Source: Bugula neritina (taxonomy: Eukaryota; Animalia; Bryozoa). From it: DNA of 64,000 nt. The stretch covers positions 8,194,698-8,258,697 of the forward strand of contig OZ037765.1 of assembly GCA_964035545.1 (NCBI GenBank). The letters run 5' to 3'. Shown here one piece after another: positions 57,360 through 64,000 of the stretch (position 1 is its first letter; every line of letters starts with the position of its first letter). A model generated the notes under the pieces. That model was given only the letters and a program-made list of their open reading frames with translations, was not told the origin of the DNA and did not search any database. Position numbers and translations under genes: made by a program.

Positions 57360-58442
57360 ATTTATTCATAACAACCACTTATAATAATTCTATTTTGTCC
57401 AGTATTGAAGCAAACAGTAATGTACTAGAGCTCATTGGCTCTGTCAAATTATTTCCTTTTTCTAGCGTGATAGAAACAGCTTGAAACAGCACAAAGTTGG
57501 TGGTTGAGTACAGTGGTTCGAGTTTAGACAACGATGTCTTTGCAAATACTGCTTTGCAATAACTTTCAATTTTGTGCTGCTCTTAGCAACTGGTTTATGT
57601 AGTCGCCTTCAAAAATTATAATCGCGGCTTTCAAAAACAACAAGCGAGCTAACGAGTGATTTTATTCAGCTCTCGGCCTCCTGAATGAAGTTAGCATTTT
57701 GTCGAGACGAGGCTACGGTGTTTTTTGTTGTAATAAGTAATACTAATAATAATAATATTAATATTATTATACCGACGGCTCACCCGACCAGGTCACTAAA
57801 CTGGATTAGTCATTCACTAATTATCATTGGTTTTGATTAAATCATTAATCATTGAATTTAATGATCAAATTCAATGAGTAGCCAGTCTGAGTCTCAGTCT
57901 GAGTCTTGTAATGTGAATAATAACGTAAAGTGAAACTAAAATAAAGAAAATTATTATTATTATTAATAAAATTAAATATCTACTTAATCTTATGTCTTCT
58001 ACTTCTAGTTGAGTAGTTGAAGTTTAACTTCAACTTGAACTTCAAGTTTATAAATAATAAATATTAATATAATTACTAAATCTAATACTAATACTAATAG
58101 TAATATTAATATTATCTATAAGTATATTATTATAATATTAATAACTCATTTTCAAATTGAACCTTTAAGGTTGACTCATATTCATAACTGTTTTACTTTT
58201 AGTTTATTATAAAACTGAAAGTAAAAGTTCAATTGAATTATTATTTAATTAATAAATTATATTAATTTTATATAATATTAATATTATTATTTATTATAAT
58301 AAATCATTAATGAATTTATGAAATTAATAATGATTATAGTAATTATTCTATATACATTAATATATTTGAGTTGAACTTGAAGCTCACTTCAAATTGAAAT
58401 TAAAATTCAAAATGGTGCAACAAGTACAACTAGTAGTACTAC

Positions 58443-58748
58443 TGTGGTGGTTCGTGGAACTACCAGCAGCACAACATGTAGGGTCGCGTAATTGACCCGG
58501 AACAATGGATAGCCAATTAGCGTAGTTGATAGTTAGCAGCAATTGTAGTTTCCCGCTGCTAACTCAGTCGAAGCTAGAGTGTGAAATAGATTAGATGTAT
58601 AACTTGTTGGAAATAATGTATCGTGTTTTTATAATGTATAGTTGTGTATAAAATATACTCGTTCACTCGACTTATCCTGGTGCAGTTCTATAGTAGATAA
58701 ATAGACTCTCTGGATAGCACATCAACCCTAAATCTGAAAATCTTAACA
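58443..58748 (+). repeat. Putative 5' LTR of element 2 (about 306 bp)
   Basis: TGTGG...TAACA ends 1 nt before the PBS. The left boundary is inferred from the compositional switch because the partner LTR is outside the window. Confidence 0.75.
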
Positions 58749-58749
58749 G

Positions 58750-58767
58750 TGGTGGCAGCGGTGGGAT
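58750..58767 (+). other. Primer binding site (tRNA-Leu) of element 2
   Basis: TGGTGGCAGCGGTGGGAT, identical to the element 1 PBS. Confidence 0.9.
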
Positions 58768-58779
58768 AGTGCATCCAAG

Positions 58780-59733
58780 ATGGAGACTGAAAATGCTGGA
58801 ACTCAACCACCGGCAATCGAAGGTGAGCGTAGAGACAATGCTGTAGAGACAATGCCTGTTAACCATGTAGTAGAAGAGCAAAGGGTTCCGCGAGAACTAG
58901 CTGAAGACCGCTACAGGTTAAAGGCGCCCACCTTCACGGGTGAAGAGGAGGTGGAACAATTTATCCAAGAGTTTAGCGACGTAATGGACGTCGCTCAGTG
59001 GCCCCCTAGGGTGGCCCTGCTGAAGCTTAGAATGGCATTGATGGACAAAGCCAAGCCCTATGGGCTGGGCGTAGACATTGATAATATCTTTGCTTCTCTG
59101 CGGGCCCGCTTTGGCCTCTCTGCTACAGATGCCAGGGCCCGATTGCAGAGGTTGCGGCGTGATCCCCGCACCCCGCTGCGGGAGCATGCCGCCGCGGTCA
59201 TGAAGCTGGCACAGATCGCGTACAGCGACTTGCCCCCAGTCAACCGCGAGAGGTACACCCTCGACGCTTTCATAGCATCTGTCGACGATCTGGGTCTCCA
59301 CCACCAGTTTCTAGCTAGGGGAGTCACCACCGTTGAAGATGCCCTGACTGAGGGGGAAGCTTACCTCCTAGCTAATCAAATGCATAAAAGTCGCGGAAGC
59401 TCCCGCCAAGTGGAGATAGACCGCGCAGACACGGCCGCGGCACAAGGGGAGGAAACCCCCGCCGCGGCTGCCGTGTCCCAGTTGGCGACGGCATCAAAAG
59501 TCACTCAACTGACGGACATGCTAGCCCAGCTGATAGCAACACTGACACCACAAAACCCAGTGAGTACCGCCCCTGAGCCCATGCGGCCATCGGCGCCGCC
59601 ACAGGGAGAAACAGTCAGTTTTTGCTGGGAGTGCGGAAATCAAGGACATTTCCGCCGATATTGTCCCTTCCTAAATCAGGGGTTAAACTACCGCGGCCCG
59701 CAGATGTTCCCACCTTCCGCGGGCCGACGATGA
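58780..59733 (+). CDS. gag: Gag of element 2, 317 aa, capsid-like region plus CCHC zinc knuckle
   Basis: Starts just after the PBS and contains the knuckle CWECGNQGHFRRYC (C-X2-C-X4-H-X4-C). Confidence 0.92.
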   Translation: METENAGTQPPAIEGERRDNAVETMPVNHVVEEQRVPRELAEDRYRLKAPTFTGEEEVEQFIQEFSDVMDVAQWPPRVALLKLRMALMDKAKPYGLGVDIDNIFASLRARFGLSATDARARLQRLRRDPRTPLREHAAAVMKLAQIAYSDLPPVNRERYTLDAFIASVDDLGLHHQFLARGVTTVEDALTEGEAYLLANQMHKSRGSSRQVEIDRADTAAAQGEETPAAAAVSQLATASKVTQLTDMLAQLIATLTPQNPVSTAPEPMRPSAPPQGETVSFCWECGNQGHFRRYCPFLNQGLNYRGPQMFPPSAGRR

Positions 59734-59746
59734 AACCTCTAGGGAA
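59682..59746 (+). promoter_or_regulatory. Candidate -1 ribosomal frameshift signal
   Basis: G_TTA_AAC heptamer in the gag frame (59682-59688), a 5-nt spacer and an 8-bp stem CGGCCCGC/GCGGGCCG (59694-59701 with 59719-59726). Loop TTCCC can pair with GGGAA (59742-59746). Confidence 0.7.
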
Positions 59747-62700
59747 GAAGAAACGCAGGTCACCTAGACGGGTACCGCGTACTGGCAACCAACAGTGGCA
59801 ACAGCCACGACGGACCAGCAAGGGGCTTCGCCCCGCGGCTGCCTTTTCTATGCCCCTTCACAACAGATTCACAGGGCTACAAGTCCAAGAATCTGGATGG
59901 GAGCACACAAAGGTAGCTGAGAATCTAGCCTCGGCACCCCCGAGGCCTACCTATCACCGCCCCAAGAGACCTCCTTCGCGACCCAAAGTGAGGGAGGTAC
60001 TCCCTGCGAGAGTAAGGCCTGAAGGGAGAGTTCAGGTGCAGCCCCATGGGAACAGCTATTTCTTGCCCGGTAAACTGGAAGGCAAAGCTGTTACTTTTCT
60101 CATTGATTCGGGCTGTACCACAAACCTCTTAAGCCGCCAACTCTTCGACACCCTCAGCGCTAGGGTCAGGGGCGAGATGGAAGCATACGAAGGGGAATAC
60201 GGCACCCTAGCTGACGGGTCGTGCCTTCCTTTCTATGGTATAATTGAGCTGACGGGACGAGTCCGCGATCAAACGATCCAAGAGACGTTCATCGTCAGTC
60301 AGCTCAAGGAGGATGCTATCCTCGGGATGCCGTTCCTTAAACGGCACGGATGTCACATAGATTTTAGCAGATCTGCAATGATGATGTCCGGGCGGGAACT
60401 CGCCTGCGTCGACAAGTTCGGCCGCCCTTTAGTAGGAGGTGTGCAAGTGGTACGCAACCGTACCATACCAGGCCGCTCCCGGGCTACCATTCACTGCAGG
60501 GTGAATAGTAGCCGGATCTCTGGACTCGGGGTGGTTGAAGGCGCGCACGAAAAGATCCAACTTGCCAGCAGTCTGAATCAGCTGACTGAGCAAGGGGAGA
60601 TCTTAGTGCAGTGCGTCAACCCCTTTACCGAGCCTATCAAGCTCCCGGCTGGGTCGATGCTGGGCCGTTTTCACTCTGTTCAGGAGGGAGACGTAGGCCC
60701 GTCGCTGGGTGATGCGACAGAGGCACTCCCTCGACACCCTATTCAGGGACGAGGGGCAGTCCCCGCACATCTCCGGGAGTTATATGAAACAGCCAGTGGC
60801 GGCTGCGCGAGTAACCGGGAACGCCAAGCTATGGCTAAGTTACTACGCGACTACGGTGATGTGTTCAGCAGCGGGGAGCATGACGTGGGACTGACTGGAA
60901 TTGTCAGACACGAAATACCGCTGACTGCAGGGACAGTCCCTGTCCGGCAGCCCACCCGCAGGTTGGGGCCGGAGAAAGAGAAGGAGGTTAGCCGACAAGT
61001 ACGGGATTTTCTGGACCGGGGACTGATAGAGCCCACCCATAGTGCGTGGAGCTCGCCAGTCGTACTGGTCCGGAAGAAAGACGGCAGTTGGCGGTTCTGT
61101 GTGGACTACCGCAAACTCAATAGCGTAACCATACAGGACGCCTACCCTCTACCTCGTATTGACGAGTCATTGGACGCCCTAGCCGGCAGCAAGTACTTCA
61201 GTGCGTTAGACTTGCTAAGCGGCTATTGGCAAGTTCCTCTGAGTCCCGACGCCCAGGAGAAAGCGGCGTTTATCACACGGGACGGTTTGTGGAAGTGGAA
61301 GGTGTTGCCCTTCGGGTTAACCTCCGCCCCAGCCACCTTCCAGAGGCTGATGGAACAAGTCCTTAGCGGACTCCATTGGAAGACACTGCTGGTCTACCTC
61401 GATGATGTCATCGTAATCTCTCCAGACTTCGAGACACATGTCAGTCGTCTGCAGGAGGTTTTCGAGAGACTCCGAGGTGCCGGTCTTAAGCTCAAACCTT
61501 CCAAGTGCGCTCTATTGCAGCCGGAGGTCAAGTACCTGGGGCACGTTGTCGGTCGAAACGGCGTGGCAACGGATCCCGAAAAGGTACGGGCAGTAGAAGA
61601 CTGGGTCACCCCCCAAGACTTGACCGGACTCCGGGCTTTCTTGGGGCTGGTAGGGTATTACAGGCAATACATACCAGACTTTGCGGGCATAGCCCAGCCG
61701 TTAAACCGGCTCACCGCAAAGGGAGTGACGTGGCAGTGGACTCCAGTCGAACAAGGAGCGTTCGACCGCCTCAAGGGCTGCCTACTAACGGCGCCCATCT
61801 TGGCCTACCCAGACCCCACTCTGGAGTACATCCTTGACACGGACGCCAGTGACCAGAATGTTGGCGCTGTACTGTCACAAGTGCAGGAAGGCCGAGAGGT
61901 AGTAGTAGCCTACTACAGCAAGTCTCTCTCACCCGCTGAACGAAATTACTGCACTACCCGCAAGGAGCTGCTGGCAGTAATCAAGTCAGTGAAGCACTTC
62001 AGACCATACCTATATGGCAGGAAGTTCCGGCTGCGTACGGATCATGCCTCGCTGATCTGGTTGTGCAGGAGAGCAGAGCCCTCTAGTCAGGTCGCCCGGT
62101 GGCTCGAAATCCTAGCTGAATTCTCGTACCGGATCGAACACCGACCGGGCAAAAGACACAGCAATGCGGATGGGTTGAGTCGCCGACCTGACGGAGGTTG
62201 CAAACAGTGTCTCAACATCGAAAGGAGGGATGGAGGTCCCCCACGATGCGAGTTGGAGACGCTGGCTCATCACGGAGCACCGTTTGATTGGGATCAAGGT
62301 CAACTCAGGCAAAGAGTTGATGAGTCCCCGGAGGATGTACAAAACCTCCGCGCCAACCCTGTACTGGCCGGTAATGTTCGAGAGCTGAAGAAGCTCCAAG
62401 AAGAGCTGCCTGGAGTCGTGGCAGACATATACCGGGCCAAAAGGGAAGGGCGACGACCCAGCGAGGAACGCATACGACAGGGATGCGCCGAGTTCCGGCT
62501 ATACTGTCAGCGTTGGGACTCGCTGCGGATCGGGCAGGATGGGTTGCTAACCATCTCTCTAGCTGCCAGCGGCAGACATCCGGAAAGGAAGAGGGTAGTC
62601 TGCCCCACAGCCATCCGCCGTGAGTTGATTTGGGATACTCACAAGCAGACCCACGCAGGGGTCAAGCGAGTGATGTCCAAATTACGACTTCGGTGGTATT

Positions 62701-64000
62701 GGCCACAAATGGAGCGTGATGTCCGGCTCAGAGTCAAACAGTGTGAGATCTGCCAGGCCAGTAAGCATAGCCGCCCCCCTGGTGAAGCAGGACGGCGGAG
62801 GCTATACGCTGGTAGGCCCTGGCAAGTAGTCGCTGTAGACCTGGTCGGACCCATGCCCCTGACCCCCAGAGGCAATAATTGGATCCTAGTACTAACCGAC
62901 CACTTTACTAGGTGGGCGGATGCTCTGGCTATCCCAGACGCATCAGCCCCAACAGTGGCCAGGGCACTAGACCAACACGTATTCTGTTATTTTGGGCTCC
63001 CCGAACAGATACACTCTGATCAAGGCGCTCAATTCCAGTCTCAACTGATGAGCGACCTTTGCCGCCTCTGGGGAGTAAATCAGAGCAGGACCACCCCCTA
63101 CCACCCTCAAGGTAACGGGGTGGTGGAGCGCAACAACCGGATGCTAGGTGATGCACTCCGGAGTCTCCTCCTTGGACGAGGTCAAGAGGAATGGGATACG
63201 GTGTTGCCGCAAGTCATGCGTGCATACCGTAGCACCCCACACACCAGTACTGGTGAGACCCCAAACCTCTTGATGCTCGGGAGAGAGACTCGTGTCCCCG
63301 ACCATCTCACCTATCACGTTCCAGAGCAAGATAACTCAGTCCACGAGTATACCAGTGAACTAGTGGAACGGATGAAGGCCGCACACGAGATACTGCGCCA
63401 ACAGCAGTGGAAGGTGCGGCACGAAGATTCCGATGAACCACCCCTCTATCAAAAGGGAGATAAGGTGTGGATGGTCAATTACCGTAGGCGCCGCGGACAG
63501 GCTGATAAGCTGAAGCCTAAGTTCGTAGGCCCCTACGTGGTTGTCGAGGCTATGCCCAATCATACGTACAAGATTGAGCGCTCAGGAAAGGTATCTATCC
63601 AGAATGAGTCTCGCTTGAAACCGTATTGGGCTAGCCCCGGCGGAGTGGGAGAAGCCCCCCCGTTGTTAGAGCCCAGGAGGCAGACAACAACGCGCGGGCG
63701 ACGGCGGCATGGACCTGAATACGAAGTGGTCATACCGCGGGAAGAAAACTTGGTGAGAGAGGAGCGGCAGCTTCTACCAACAGAAGCGTGTCCGCCACCG
63801 CCAAGTCTAATTCCATCACTTCCAGAAACCGAGCCGGTTCCGGAAGTGCAAACCCCCACGGAGGGAGGGGCTCCATCCGGAGAACAAGAAGAGGTGACGG
63901 CTGACGGTGAAGTAGAGACGCCATTAGAGGCCCCTACTAACGAACCGGCAAGCGTGTCACCCCCCCTAGAAAGGGGACAGCGTACGAGGCAACCCCCCGC
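59682..64000 (+). CDS. pol: Pol of element 2 (protease, RT, RNase H, integrase), -1 frame relative to gag, open to the window edge
   Basis: One frame carries FLIDSGCT, YLDD (61395-61406), LDTDASD, the integrase motifs, FVGPY and PPLERGQRTRQPP at the edge. Its absence from the ORF track is consistent with no stop codon being reached. Confidence 0.93.

Larger units (their letters stand above)
58443..64000 (+). mobile_element. Ty3/Gypsy LTR retrotransposon, element 2, truncated by the right edge
   Basis: Putative 5' LTR, tRNA-Leu PBS, gag with a CCHC knuckle and pol in the -1 frame. The Pol is closely similar to that of element 1. Confidence 0.95.

Noticed and set aside
57685-57717. Possible first exon of a plus-strand gene divergent from UTP15 (MKLAFCRDEAT)
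   Set aside because: The donor is weak (GTGTTT), no downstream exon lies in the window and I recognise no homology.

Overview
AT-rich, intron-containing eukaryotic DNA, most likely from an invertebrate animal. It holds six spliced host genes that I reconstructed by hand from GT-AG signals: FAF2/UBXD8 (minus strand, 3' part runs off the left edge), ACSS2-type acetyl-CoA synthetase (minus), POLR2H/RPB8 (plus), MRPS14 (minus), an LZTS/N4BP3 (Fez1-domain) coiled-coil gene (plus) and UTP15 (minus). Mobile DNA includes a head-to-tail pair of decayed Academ-like DNA transposons joined by a perfect palindrome, three MITE or foldback elements, two tRNA-headed SINEs and two related Ty3/Gypsy LTR retrotransposons. 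The strongest candidate for an undescribed system is the complete, very young Gypsy element at 33214-40792, which sits in MRPS14 intron 1. In the env position it carries a third ORF encoding two zinc fingers (one canonical C2H2), a basic NLS-like patch and a six-heptad coiled coil, with splice signals that could express it from a subgenomic mRNA. Its Gag-Pol junction is also rewired relative to the sister element at 58443-64000: the zinc knuckle has decayed and the -1 frameshift has become an in-frame fusion. All calls come from reading the sequence and recalling protein families. No database searches were run, so novelty is unverified.
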